Made by a program: the position numbers and the translations under genes. Under the pieces are notes generated by a model, which was not told where the DNA came from, made no database searches, and saw only the letters and a list, made by a program, of their open reading frames with translations. Below, piece after piece: positions 14,577 to 29,634 of a DNA stretch of 64,000 nucleotides; the stretch's first letter is position 1, and the number at the start of each line of letters is the position of its first letter. Source of the DNA: Eledone cirrhosa (Eukaryota); contig OZ024742.1 of assembly GCA_964016885.1 (NCBI GenBank), positions 33,790,001 through 33,854,000 of the forward strand. The letters are read 5' to 3'.

Positions 14577-14700
14577 GTGAAGGTGCATGGACGAGTGGTT
14601 ATGGTGTTGGACTCGCGATATAAAATCGTGGGCTCCATTCCTGGACAGGGTGGCACGTTATATTCTTGAGGAAGGAGTTTTATTTCACGTTGCATTTCAT
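14577..14700 (+). mobile_element. Second tRNA-derived SINE family
   Basis: gtgaaggtgcatgg...gtggtt...cttgag...ttatttcac; relatives at about 35410, 40500, 41720, 54088, 62500 and 63862. Confidence 0.65.
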
Positions 14701-15169
14701 GAGAAGGCTGGGGCCCATATCATTAATAAGTATGAGACGCCTTCTATGTCATGCAACGTACTTCAGCTAAACCTGTGTAACTGTGGGTTAGTTTGGCATA
14801 CATATGCCACCTTTTACAACAGGAACAACATAGAAAGATGCGACTCCTGTAGTTTTGAACAAAATCTTTCTTCGGAGAGGGAGACACATGTAAAGAATAA
14901 AGCAACGAGTGATAATTTGAAATTAAGATGGATCCATCGTTTCTTTCAATGATCAGTATTCAGATTTTCGGTCACATCATGAATTAATATTTAAGTGGTT
15001 GAGTATTCCACAGACATGCTTGTCTCTTAGCATGTGCGTTTGCCTCTTGACTCTGTCAGGTGTTAAAACAAAACCGATGAACATAATCATTTAAGCACAC
15101 ACATATATAAAATCTCAACTCATGAAAACAATATTCTCAATATTCATAACACATACATACATACATACA

Positions 15170-15400
15170 TGAAAAGGAGCATATCTATGCAAAACTAATG
15201 GGAAATCTGCAGACACTCCACCTTGACTATATCTTCAGATTTATACCAGGGATTATTGGGGCTCTGGGGTATGTTAGTAACTGCCTCAGTACAAATCTCG
15301 AGAAGCTGGGCTTCACAGGAACAGAAAGAACACAACTAGTTAGGAAATTACAAGTACAATCGATTATGGAACAATAAAAATATGTAAAACATTCTAAAAA
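15170..15400 (+). mobile_element. 3' end of RLE-type (R4/Dong-like) LINE
   Basis: Translates ...FRFIPGIIGALGYVSNCLSTNLEKLG...LQ, resembling the PIVIGALG end motif. Confidence 0.6.
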
Positions 15401-16385
15401 TTATGTTTCTAATAACTGCATATACACATGTACAGATACAAAGCATATACACATGCACACATACAACTGAAAACATCCACATTCACACATACAATAACAT
15501 CCATACCTGCACAGACATACATATCTACCTAGTTGATGTGTAAATTCCAATGGGAGAGTCTTGTGTCTATGTTAGAAACCGACTCTCTCTCTATTGGGAA
15601 AAACTTTGTGAAATTATAAACCAGAAGAACATACATACATACATACACACATACATGCATACATATATGTATATATGTATATATACACAGAGATATGTAC
15701 ATAGATAATACACATACACACAAACGAACACAGATACGTGTTGTATATATTACAACGCAACGACAGTCTACACACATCCAAAGGTACCTTTACCTCTTCA
15801 ACATCGAAATACATACATATCCTTAATTTAAGATAATAGCATACTACGTATACGCATTTAAATAGATAAATGCACAGAGAAGCACTTACATACATACGTA
15901 CACGCACACATATTCACAAATATATACACATTTATATTCACAAACACACAGTATATAACCTCCGAAAAACACATATACCTTCAGATTAAACAAATATAGA
16001 TACTTATACAAATACATATTCAGAATCGTGTTAACATATCTGTGTATTCACTAACTCACACGGCAGACAAAATCAGAAAATATTACAAACGCCTTCATAC
16101 AAATAGCTCCACAGCAATGCTGTCTTATACATACAGAAGCATACATACTCCTAAATACATACCTACTGATCGGCTTATCGAATTAACAAAGCGGCAACAG
16201 ATCTTGTGCACACAACAATGCACACAAATAAATACACGTATACGCCAAGCGCTTGCACATATATATTCAAAGATACACATATTTACATACATACATATAA
16301 CACACATATATACACATAAATTCACACACGTATATTTTAATGTATGTGTGTGTGTATATATTTATACATATACATACATAGACAT

Positions 16386-16494
<109 letters not shown>

Positions 16495-16526
16495 CATAAA
16501 AATATATATATATATATATATAAATT

Positions 16527-16561
<35 letters not shown>

Positions 16562-16883
16562 ATTTATATAGATAAAAATATATATATATAAAAACAAATA
16601 ACGAAACGAAATTAAATTTCGTTTCGTTTGTAACTCACTTTTGTATGACTGACGCTTAAACAATTAAGTTAAAGATGTACATCCATATATGTATACTGAA
16701 ATACTAGTATGTATATGAATACACACACGTATACATATGTAGATGTACCAAGTTTTTTCACTGGTCACTTTACTGTGAGTGGTCAGCTATTCTGTATGTA
16801 AACACACAGACAAACCGGTTTTTAGAGTCATACTGGTTTTTGAGGAAACACCTTTCCTCTGTTCTCCAGAAAGCCAGACAAGG

Positions 16884-16928
16884 AATATTGAACTAGTTTC
16901 GTTGTTGTTACAACTCATCAGCAATATT
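16884..16928 (-). ncRNA. Minimal hammerhead ribozyme (family B)
   Basis: Exact reverse complement of 17665-17709. Confidence 0.85.
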
Positions 16929-17664
16929 TACCTATCTTCCGGCCTCTCTAGAGAATCGTAAAAGCACATATCGTTATATGCTTTTTCTATGATAATTAGT
17001 AGTGGGCAGACTAATTTGCATAGAGTGTGAGTAAGTACCGGTTCAACGGAGACGATAAAAACAAATAACGAAACGAAATTAAATTTCGTTTCGTTTGTAA
17101 CTCACTTTTGTATGACTGACGCTTAAACAATTAAGTTAAAGATGTACATCCATATATGTATACTGAAATACTAGTATGTATATGAATACACACACGTATA
17201 CATATGTAGATGTACCAAGTTTTTTCACTGGTCACTTTACTGTGAGTGGTCAGCTATTCTGTAACAGAGGAAAGGTGTTTCCTAAAAAACCAGTATGACT
17301 CTAAAAACCGGTTTGTCTGTGTGTTTACATACAGAATAGCTGACCACTCACAGTAAAGTGACCAGTGAAAAAACTTGGTACATCTACATATGTATACGTG
17401 TGTGTATTCATATACATACTAGTATTTCAGTATACATATATGGATGTACATCTTTAACTTAATTGTTTAAGCGTCAGTCATACAAAAGTGAGTTACAAAC
17501 GAAACGAAATTTAATTTCGTTTCGTTATTTGTTTTTATCGTCTCCGTTGAACCGGTACTTACTCACACTCTATGCAAATTAGTCTGCCCACTACTAATTA
17601 TCATAGAAAAAGCATATAACGATATGTGCTTTTACGATTCTCTAGAGAGGCCGGAAGATAGGTA

Positions 17665-17709
17665 AATATTGCTGATGAGTTGTAACAACAACGAAACTAG
17701 TTCAATATT
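17665..17709 (+). ncRNA. Minimal hammerhead ribozyme (family B)
   Basis: aauauug CUGAUGA guug-uaacaa-caac GAAA cuag UU caauauu. Intact core, 7-bp stem I, GUU site. Confidence 0.85.
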
Positions 17710-17943
17710 CCTTGTCTGGCTTTCTGGAGAACAGAGGAAAGGTGTTTCCTCAAAAACCAGTATGACTCTAAAAACCGGTTTGTCTGTGTGTTTACATACA
17801 GAATAGCTGACCACTCACAGTAAAGTGACCAGTGAAAAAACTTGGTACATCTACATATGTATACGTGTGTGTATTCATATACATACTAGTATTTCAGTAT
17901 ACATATATGGATGTACATCTTTAACTTAATTATATATATATAA

Positions 17944-18083
<140 letters not shown>

Positions 18084-18230
18084 ATATATTTAAATATATA
18101 TATATATATATATAAATGGAATAGAATGAAACGAAATTTCATTTCTCACTCTTAGAACGGCACTTACTTAAATACTGTACGTCTGTATACATATATGTAT
18201 GTACGTATACATACATACATCCTTACACAC

Positions 18231-18264
<34 letters not shown>

Positions 18265-18288
18265 GGACCTTTCCGACAGAATTACTTT

Positions 18289-18355
<67 letters not shown>

Positions 18356-18836
18356 GGTATGTGAACACAGGTGCACGCAAAATGGGCCCCTGCGTATATA
18401 TAACTCCAACAGGAAGTAGAAGAATATGAAGAAGGCGAAGAAGACTACAACATGGAATGTTTTCATCCTGGTATCTTTATTATGATGTGAAAACATTTTA
18501 TCTCCATTCGCCATTGTTACAAACATATTAACGCTTCGAAGAATTAGAAAAGAAATATTGTCAGCCACATTCAACGGCTGATGTAATTTTATATGTTGAT
18601 AGAATGGAAGATTTTGTATTTGCCATGTGGAGTGTTGCTTAGCAGGCATGTGAGCATTAAATGCTATAATACGTATACAACTACTGAACTACAACACAGT
18701 CACACACACACTCGCACGCACACATACATACATACACGTATGCATATAGATGTATATATTTTCAGTTAAAACACAGAGAAACAAACATGTATATACATCT
18801 GTATGTTTATAAATTTCAGTAAATTCCCTCTCTACA

Positions 18837-18899
<63 letters not shown>

Positions 18900-19122
18900 C
18901 TTTGATAGACCATATATATATATATATATTTATATCTGTATTTTTAACCGTTGGTCAATCAATGATAAACATTGATAGCCAAATAAATTGGGGATATAAA
19001 ATTGGAGATAAATTGGAGATATAAAAGATACAGAAGCGAAAACCAACCAAAAACAGTGAATGTGTTCTGTAATTATTTCTGGCAACATTATTACAACAAT
19101 ATGACCTTCCCTAAGTATATAT

Positions 19123-19759
<637 letters not shown>

Positions 19760-19761
<2 letters not shown>

Positions 19762-20140
19762 AGTTCCACAACAAATTAGCAAACCATATTCGAGGACATG
19801 TGTTTCACCAGAGGGATTTTCAAGCCGTGTATGGCTGCAAGAAGAACGGATGTATATATGAGCTGACTGGATTCTGCGCGGTAGATGTCGGTAGTTTGAT
19901 GACAAGGGAGACAACTGAAATAAGACAGTTGTAGGGTGATAACTTTCGTTTGTGTTAGTTTTGTGTTCAGTGGGGGTGGAGATTCGGTCAGAGAAGCTTG
20001 ATATAAAGATAGTAGTGGGAAGATGGTGTGTTGCGTGTGCGGGTGGTGGCTCAGAAATGGGAAAGGAAAGGTAGGAAGTTGAGTGTTGTTGGGGTGCGTG
20101 AGAGTGTGCTGGCTGGGGTGGAATAAAGGAGAGAATTACA
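19760..20140 (-). mobile_element. Penelope-like RT fragment
   Basis: Minus-strand ...[12 protein letters not shown]... resembles the PLE YLHxxSxHP region; also similar to the 32960-33060 element. Confidence 0.45.
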
Positions 20141-20141
20141 C

Positions 20142-20180
<39 letters not shown>

Positions 20181-20279
20181 GATAACAAGTTATCGTTATA
20201 GGAAATAAAGCCCTTATTGTACAGCCAACCATGTTAATCTTCATTCTTTAACTATATATATATGTATATATATATATAT

Positions 20280-20437
20280 AGGAACAAGTATGACCCCGAC
20301 GGCAGAGCTCAAGCCGTTTCGACGGCTAATTCTGGACGTCGGGGTCATACTTGTTCCTATTACCCGCTCTACTACCCTAAGTATTGAGTACTTTGGTACG
20401 TTATGATCCTTCTGGTTCCTTACCACATTTCCTTCGT
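20280..20437. mobile_element. Family C short fold-back copy
   Basis: gaccccgacggcagagctcaagccgtttcgacggctaattctgga followed by an inverted arm; in (TA)n. Confidence 0.75.
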
Positions 20438-20471
<34 letters not shown>

Positions 20472-20672
20472 TGTTAGGTAATTCCGAAGGAAAAGCAAAA
20501 GAAAAAAGAGTGCTCTATGTATAGAACAGAGCTATTTAATTAGAAAGTGAACAACACAATATATAACTACTCCATTACCAAAGGTTTCTGGATCACAGAC
20601 GATATTATATTATTATCGTCTGTGATACAGAAACCTTAGGTAATGTATTAGTTATATTTTGTGTTCTTCACT

Positions 20673-20726
<54 letters not shown>

Positions 20727-20743
20727 TTGTGTGTGTGTGTGTG

Positions 20744-20836
<93 letters not shown>

Positions 20837-21194
20837 ATTCGCTGAAGATAACAATAAATATTGTTTAACGTCTATTCTTTAGTTGCAGCTTGAAAAAGTC
20901 CGTCTCCCAGATACTCATATTTAGAGCAGGTTAGGGGCTGGGAATATGGATGATGTGTCAGGTAGGGATTATGAAGGATGTCTTAGTTCTAATATAGACA
21001 TTTAGTTCATAATTGGCTTTGCGTTTATGAAAGAATTATTTACGAGTTCGGAATTCCATGGTTTTGTGTCTTGTTTATTGTTGCCTTTGTTTCTGAGTCT
21101 ATTATTTACATATAGGAAATTTAATAAATACTTTGCATTTGTTCTAGGTATATCTACATTCAGATTTATTTATTTGACGTTCCTACTTACCTAT

Positions 21195-21305
<111 letters not shown>

Positions 21306-21368
21306 ATAACAAGTATAGTACCAGGAAACAGGAATAACTAGGCAGGAAATTTAATTTGACATATCTTC

Positions 21369-21449
<81 letters not shown>

Positions 21450-21694
21450 GAGATGAAATCGAAAATGCAACTGGAGTCTTATTTCGATTTCATCTCTTTT
21501 TCTTTATACCTTCATTCGTGTAGGACACCTCGGTTATTTTTCATTTTGTAAAAAAAACCTCACTTTCTAATATATATATATATTAACTACTTTTCCCATC
21601 TTGAAGTTATAGTCGCATATATGTTATAGAATACTATTAGCTTCTCGCTAAAACAATCTCTATACCTCTCATTTATATATATATATTTATTTAT

Positions 21695-21914
21695 TTATTA
21701 AAGTAACAGATTAAAGTTTTAGCAAAGAATCGCTGCTTTCACCCTTAACGTGATTCAGAAGATCCTGTTAAGGGTGAAAGCAGCGATTCTTTGCTTAAAC
21801 TTTAATCTGTTATTTTAATAAATATTTGCTCTAGGGTTCTTATATATTTGATATATATTTATCCTTATGAGCCCTCTTTGGATTTTAGTCTTCGCATTTC
21901 ATTTATTATTATTA

Positions 21915-21920
<6 letters not shown>
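21695..21920. mobile_element. Family D fold-back element
   Basis: Palindrome 21695-21822 (taacagattaaagt...actttaatctgtta); copies at 27715, 34638 and 44180. Confidence 0.7.
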
Positions 21921-21986
<66 letters not shown>

Positions 21987-21997
21987 TATATAATAAT

Positions 21998-22465
21998 GTA
22001 TGTATATATATACATACTACTGTACGTCTGTACACATATATGTATGTACGTATACATAATTATATTTAGGTATCAGCCGTACTAAGAGTGAGAAATGAAA
22101 TTTCGTTTCATTCTTTTCCATTTATCGTTTTCGGTACGCCCGGCCGACTAACTCACTGGATATGCAAATTAGGTTGCTCAGCCGTTAATATGCATAAAGA
22201 AAGTATAAACTTTCAAACGTTCAATCATCTGACAGAAAGGTATACGATGCTGACGATAGCTATAAACTAGCACATCGTTCCTGTGTCAGTGTTGAACAAA
22301 AGGGCAACGATGGTTGCCGAATACTGTATGGCGTAATTCGGGCTGTTTGTTTACAAACAAACCGAACATTATAATAAATGTTCGGTAAACCCATACGTAC
22401 ATATATATATGTGTGCATGTATGTATATATATACATACTACTGTACGTCTGTACACTTATATGCA
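21998..22465 (+). mobile_element. Family A copy, ~1.1 tandem units (period 421), damaged hammerhead
   Basis: tactactgtacg at 22015 and 22436; acgatgCTGACGAtagctataaactagcacatcgt has a deletion in stem II/GAAA. Confidence 0.75.
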
Positions 22466-22505
22466 TGTACGTATACATACTTATATCTATATATCTATCT
22501 ATCTA

Positions 22506-22581
<76 letters not shown>

Positions 22582-22713
22582 GAAACGGAAAAGAAAATGC
22601 TGACAAATTGTTCACAGTGAAAAATAGTTTAATTAGGAATAAGTGAGAATTAGTAATAAAAAACGAATATCCATCGCTTTAGCGACTTTACCAAATCGAC
22701 CACTTTATACACG

Positions 22714-22744
<31 letters not shown>

Positions 22745-22763
22745 GCACACATATATATATATA

Positions 22764-22842
22764 CAGGCTGTCACCCCAAAATATACACACACTTTGATGA
22801 GAATGCTTTTGAAGTGTGTATACATTTATTTGGGACACCCTG
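22764..22842. mobile_element. Tiny Tc1/mariner-type MITE
   Basis: TA-CAGGCTGTCACCC...GGGACACCCTG-TA with inverted tatacac/gtgtata subtermini. Confidence 0.7.
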
Positions 22843-23261
22843 TATATATATATTCTTTATTTAGGTTTCAATGTTTTTATAATTTCATAATTCAATATAC
22901 TTTACTTATTATTTGTTATGACACAATTTTAATAATTTCATTCGTGGGTCTGTACTTCTGGTTTTATGTTCATATATCTCTATATTTTATATTAAGTATA
23001 TTTATCGATTTATATATTCACAATATCTGAATTAATGTATTAATAATAAGTTTATATACATATTGTTTTTGTGTATGATTTTCATACTCTTGTGGATACA
23101 TATTTGCGGTTTATAGATGTGTGTGAGAGTTAGTATAAGAATGCAGGTATGAGCGTGGGCATATGCGTATGTATGTGTACATATAGTATATGTTTGATGT
23201 ATATATAAATAAGGATATAAGTGTAGAAGCATATGTATGCATCTCTCTTCTCTCCCCATCT

Positions 23262-23351
<90 letters not shown>

Positions 23352-23399
23352 CCAATGTGTTTCCCTAGAAGTGTATGCATGTATTTGGGTATTTGTATG

Positions 23400-23492
<93 letters not shown>

Positions 23493-26092
23493 TGTGTGTG
23501 TGGGTGCGTGCGCGCATGTGTGTATACATAATTATGTTTGTGTCTGCAGGTATTTTTATGTGTGCACACATTCTGTTTAATAAGTAGATGTATGAAAGCC
23601 TTATGCCATCCACCATTGCTCTTACCCCACAGAATATTTATTCCTATATTCTATTAACGACTACATTCCCTATTCCACCAGTTGTTTCTTCCTCGTATAA
23701 ATATTTAGCTTCTTTGCTCTTTCACTCTTAGGCCTCTTTCTCTGTTCTCTTTAGTCATTGAATTCTTTACTTGTTTAGTCGTTCATTATCTCCAACCAGT
23801 CTTATCTCTACTGGTATCTATACCATGCCACAATACTGAAACAATACATATAAGCAGTGAAGTTCTTTTCACATGATTTCGCTCCTACCAGCCAAGAAAG
23901 GTATTTATAACATTTTAATTTCACAAGAAGACATGATATCCAAGAAACGCCCACCACTTTAGCATAAATCTATAAATCTTTTATCTCTCCAGAATCAACA
24001 AAACTCGTTAAGACAGAAGTTTGTGCCAAGTCTTGAAGACTTATTTCCAGTGGACCTAGATTCAGTATGGCTTCTCCAAGTCAGAAGGTTAACAGGTTAC
24101 TGTAGAAAGGTTGAACACACTTGTTGAAGTTTGTGAAACTTATAGTATCATAAATAGTGTTACAGTTTATTCTTCTCAATTTTTATAGCTTAGTCAAAGT
24201 ACGAGTACTTCTCCAGAATTGCTTATGATATCTTTATAATGAGATAGCAAATTGACAGAGTTGTTAGAACGTCGGATAGAATGCTTTGTAGTATTCATTT
24301 CGGCTATCTGCTCTCTGAGTTCAAATCCCGCCGAGGTCAACTTTGCTTTTCATCCATTCAAGGTCGATAAAAAACGATTCTTCCTCTGTATCTCTTTCTC
24401 ACTTCCTTCTCTCACTCTCTCTATCCTTCTCTGGAAGAAATCTACTGCATTCAGGCATGGAGAGGAGATGGGATCACACCATTCCATACCGTCTTTATAA
24501 GGAAGTTATCGCCATGCAATTAAAACTTTCACTTCGCAATCACAAGCTACGGTACATTGGTCTTCAAGCAACACCTCGAGTTAACCAAAGTTATGTGAGT
24601 AAAATTGGGTGGTCAGAAACTGCAGAAACCGATTGGAAGGAATGTGCTTGATTTTTAGTAGTTAAACTTAATAGTTCGCTTAGTTTAACACTACCACCTA
24701 GATCTTAAGTATCGACAATGGAGTCCATTTCGTTGCAAATATTAGGACCAGATACCTGGTAATCATGAGTTATGATTCCTCCTACATTTTCCTCCACCAG
24801 AGATGGAACTCCCGCACGGTCATTGTCACAGCTCTTCCTTCTCTGTATAATCCAGAAATATCTATAGTCGACTTTTAAAATGTATCCATTTTAAGTTCTA
24901 GATTTGCAGTTAGTAGAAAACATTGCGGAGCAATGTAGTTAAAATATTTAATTCTAATGGGGATGGAAAGCAGATAGTAAACTTGCTTGGAACCTTATAG
25001 TATGAAGTTAGGGGCATCGGTTTAATGACCTGATACTTCTCCTGGCTGTGAGTTCAAATCGCCTTGCATTATTTTGGGAGTCGATAAATAAAGTATAATC
25101 TAAGTGGCGGTGGATTAGCGAAATTGTTTAAGTGCCTGTTGGAGGGATGCGTTGTAATATCCAACTGCATTCTGAGTTCAAATTCCACCCCCTTCTGTCA
25201 GAAGTTGTGCCCGGCAGATAGAAGCAGCAGTAGAAGGACCATTGGAAACATTATTTTATTTATTCTCTCTAGCGACTGGCTCCTTTCCTTTCCTTTTATT
25301 TACCTCCTGATCAATTGAACTGCGACATCTAAAAATACAAGTGCAAACAAACCTGTAAATTAGAGTAGTTAATATATGATCGGATGATTCTAAATTGTTT
25401 GTGCTGTTGTATTTATAGAACAATAAATCCTTGTTCAATTCACAAGTGTAGACCTTCACAGAACAACAGCTGCCAAAGAAACATCCATTAATAAATGTTT
25501 TCTTAATTGGATGTGAAGCCTGAACTAAATAAATATGAATTATGTATCTTTTTGCCAGAGACCGCTCTATGTCTACATGGGAGATACTATAAATAAGGAT
25601 TAAATGGTATCAGGACAGGCTATTAACTGAATCAATAAATAAATGAATGAATGACTATATAATCATTAGAACATTCTGTTGGCGGACTCAGTGATGCCGT
25701 TTCTATTCCAGGTTGAAACCATTTTACTTGTCTTACACTGTCAATGCTATTTAGTAAAGCGTAAACAACATACAGTTAGTTTCGCTATTAATGTTAGAGC
25801 CTATAAATTAATCAATCAGAACCAATATATGTCAACTGTACTATAGAGGGAAATATAGATCAGGAATTTACAACGAAGTTATGCTTGAACAAGCAGACTT
25901 ATGATTACAGGCAGTACAGCTGTGATCATCTTGTACTTTTAAGGTTATATTCAGGACTACAAGGCGGCTAGTTGAGTTATTAGAGCGTCGGGTTAACAAA
26001 CGTCTGCTATTTATTCCGGTTCACTGCAATGAAAGTTCAAAAAGTTCAAATTCTACTGAGGTTAACTTTGCCATTTATTATTTCGAGGTAGA

Positions 26093-26310
26093 AAGGGCGG
26101 TGGATTGGCAGTATCGGTAGAGCGTCGGACACCATGCTTTACAGCATAGAGTTACGGCCCTTTATGGTCTGAGTTCAAACCCCGCTAAGGTTAGATTTGC
26201 CTTTCATCCTTACGAGATCGATAAAGTAAAGCACCAGTAATGCGCTGAGGTCAATTTAATCGACTTTCTCCTCCCACTAAATTGCTGGCCTTGTGCCTAT
26301 AGTAGAAATC
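26093..26310 (+). mobile_element. tRNA-derived SINE nested in an older SINE
   Basis: Full copy; atttcgaggtaga occurs on both sides (~26080 and ~26329) as a possible TSD. Confidence 0.8.
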
Positions 26311-27238
26311 AATACAGTAGAAATCAATATTTCGAGGTAGATAAAGTAACAGTCCATAGTTACTGGGATTCTTCCCACCCTCTAATTCTCACCTCCTCTC
26401 ACTGCAGAAGAAATTGGCTGTGCTCTGACACGAATATGTATTGGGCTTAGCTAGAGAAATGTCAAAGTTACGCTTGTCATGACTGCACCTCTATGTTTCC
26501 ATCACAAGTTAAGGGGTCTGCACAATCTAACGTGCCTTTTCTCTATTTAAGCCACTGGGATGTAATATGAGAAAAACATTTAGCTGCTATTTCTTTCAGA
26601 CGGAGATAGTGCTACATTGACTTGTTTCGATTCCCTGTTGAAACTATCTGGTTCTTGATTAACATGACGTCACGGTCAACTTCAACTTTACGAGGTCGAT
26701 AAAATAAAGTATCAGTCAAGAACCGGGAGTGGGGGATATCTGCAAAGTCAACTGTTTCCCTTCCATCACATTTTCTCGCTACATGTATATATTAAAATAT
26801 ACTGTTACGTTCAATTGAGTTTATCTTGTGTTCGTTCTTAAAAAATGTGCCAAAGTGTAAAATTGAAAATAATTTTCATACATTAGTCACTAAAACTTTA
26901 GCATTAAAAGAAATGATTGAATGCATTTTTGTGTTGGTGATCGAAAATTATAATCGATTTCAACAAAAGATAGTTATCAAATTTCATAAATTGATGCATA
27001 ATTTGAAAGAAAAAAAAATACAGACATAGTAAAGAAAGAAAGGAGGAGATTAAAAAATAAATAAATCATTGGAAAGAGTTAAAAACCTTTCAACTTCATA
27101 TATTGTCTATGATCTGAGAAAAGATAAAGGTTTCCTTCTTTTTAATTATGATCAAGACATAGAATAAAACAATATTTCAAGCATAACATTGTGCCTTTGA
27201 TAGAATCATTCTTTACTTATTGTTGTTTATATTTTCAT

Positions 27239-27342
<104 letters not shown>

Positions 27343-27553
27343 ATATATATATATATATATGTATGTATGAATATATATATGTATGTATGTATGTATATAT
27401 ATATGTATATATATGTATGTATATATGTATATATATATATATATAAGTATGTATGTATGTATGTATATATATATATATATATATGTATGTATATATATAT
27501 ATATGTATGTATGTATATATATATGTATGTATATATATATATATGTATATATG

Positions 27554-27643
<90 letters not shown>

Positions 27644-27891
27644 TATATATATATATGTATGTATATATATATGTCTGTATATATGTATGTATATATATAT
27701 ATATATATATTTATTAAAATAACAGATTAAAGTTTAAGCAAAGAATCGCTGCTTTCACCCTTAACGGGATCTTCTGAAAATTTAATCTGTTATTTTAATA
27801 AATATTTGGTCTACGGTTCTTATATATTTGATATATATTTATCCTTATTGAGCCCTTTTTGGATTTTAGTCTTCAAATTTATTATTATTAC

Positions 27892-27926
<35 letters not shown>

Positions 27927-28561
27927 ATATATATATGTATGTATGTATGTATGTGTATATATATACATTATATATATATATATATATATTAGAAAGATCG
28001 AGTATCGTAAAATCGGCGCACGAGTTCACGATAAACAAGATTCGAAATGAGCGGCAGAGGGCTCAATAATTCAGATGAATCAGAGCTATAACTATCGTTA
28101 AAATACCGTCACACATAGAACAAGTCTAAAATCAACCATACGATAAAAAATCGATAATAGAAGATTCGGGACAATCAGATAAAAAATATCAATAAAACAA
28201 TACATCAATAATTTAAATGAATGTAAAATCATACCCGGACCCACTAGAAAGGTGTTAAATCTAGCTTCTTGGGTTTCTGTAAATCCTTAGACTGTACTCT
28301 ATCAGCTCACATATAAATACATAAGAGTTCCAGAGTAAGCGGACTGGAGTTTACTTCATCAACGAGCTTAGTCCTAGCGGATAAGAGGCTAACTACAATC
28401 AAAATACGCACATGGAATATGGCAAGGGAGATAACCTCTACATCCGCGAAAACAATTCGAGAAAATGTGGAAATACACATATCGAATAAAAGTGCTCAAT
28501 AGACATGTTAAAATAAAACAGGAGCTATTCATCACTCAATAGAATCGACCAAAAATGAGCA

Positions 28562-28589
<28 letters not shown>

Positions 28590-28592
<3 letters not shown>

Positions 28593-28800
28593 ATATTAAT
28601 AAATGGAAACTATATTTATAAAACTATATTTATTTCATTATACATATTTCAAGGACACCAAAGCAAATTATGGTGCGCTTTCATCAGATAAAATATAATA
28701 TAGATCAGTTTTATAAACAAATATTGACATACCCTTAAAAGAATGCGACCATGTCTGTTGGAAGCTCCCGCTTTTAAGGGTATGTCAATATTTGTTTATA
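28590..28800. mobile_element. Family E element with hammerhead at 28631-28695 (-)
   Basis: uauuuuau CUGAUGA aagcgcacca...ugguguccuu GAAA uaugua UA augaaaua; terminal inversion at 28711-28801. Confidence 0.75.
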
Positions 28801-29602
28801 ATGTGGTTCAATGGCAGGTTAATAAATTAACGAGCCAGAACATATATAATCAGGTTTAGCAAATAAGAAAAAGTTTCAAAATAAATAAAAAAAAATTAAC
28901 TTTACTCACTATGGTTACCTTTACCGAATCGGTTTCGAGTCTCAAAAATAAACGGACAGTCCTTACGGCATCCATTGCAATGAAAAACTCTCGTCAGAAG
29001 GATCTTTTCACTCGGAGAATATAAAATTCCCGAGTTCAAATTACGAACTGGCGCTATTCAAAATTGTTCCCGAGATGAGAATAAATGAAGTGGAAGCAAT
29101 TCCTTCAAGTGCCGTGTGTAAAGATAGAAGCCAAGGCAGGGAGGTCAGTCTACTCCCGCTATAACTAGCAGCAGTCAGAACGACCAAATTTTTTTCTCGA
29201 CCAAGAACACACGGCACTTGAAGGAATTGCTTCCACTTCATTTATTCTCATCTCGGGAACAATTTTGAATAGCGCCAGTTCGTAATTTGTACTCGTGAAT
29301 TTTATATTCTCCGAGTGAAAAGATCCTTCTGACGAGAGTTTTTCATTGCAATGGATGCCGTAAGGACTGTCCGTTTATTTTTGAGACTCGAAACCGATTC
29401 GGTAAAGGTAACCATAGTGAGTAGAGTTAATTTTTTTTAATTTATTTTGAAACTTTTTCTTATTTGCTAAACCTGATTATATATGTTCTGGCTCGTTAAT
29501 TTATTAACCTGCCATTGAACCACATTGGCATATGGTTGGACAATACATGTGTCCCTAAGCGCCTTGTGCGAAAATTAGAATTAATTTTACTAAGCTTCCA
29601 CT

Positions 29603-29605
<3 letters not shown>
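28800..29605. mobile_element. Family F palindrome with hammerheads at 28918-29001 (-) and 29325-29408 (+)
   Basis: Arms 28800-29118 and 29205-29526 are near-identical. ccuu CUGACGA gagu...acuc GAAA ccga-u-ucg GUA aagg. Confidence 0.8.

Positions 29606-29634
<29 letters not shown>

Larger units (their letters stand above)
16590..17930. mobile_element. Family B retrozyme-like element: 467-bp unit, tandem and inverted
   Basis: Period 467 in both arms (16595/17062 and 17264/17731); inversion junction ~17263; flanked by (TA)n. Confidence 0.85.

Noticed and set aside
16779-17814. Identical 60-aa ORFs on opposite strands
   Set aside because: A by-product of the inverted repeat: GTG start, antisense to the hammerhead, no domain.
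18287-18649. 120-aa ORF with a hydrophobic stretch
   Set aside because: No homology or splice support; runs into a microsatellite.
25256-25459. Candidate downstream receptor exon
   Set aside because: The open frame is out of phase with the phase-0 donor and has no NMDA similarity.
26093-26190. tRNA gene
   Set aside because: The A and B boxes belong to SINE heads; no cloverleaf.
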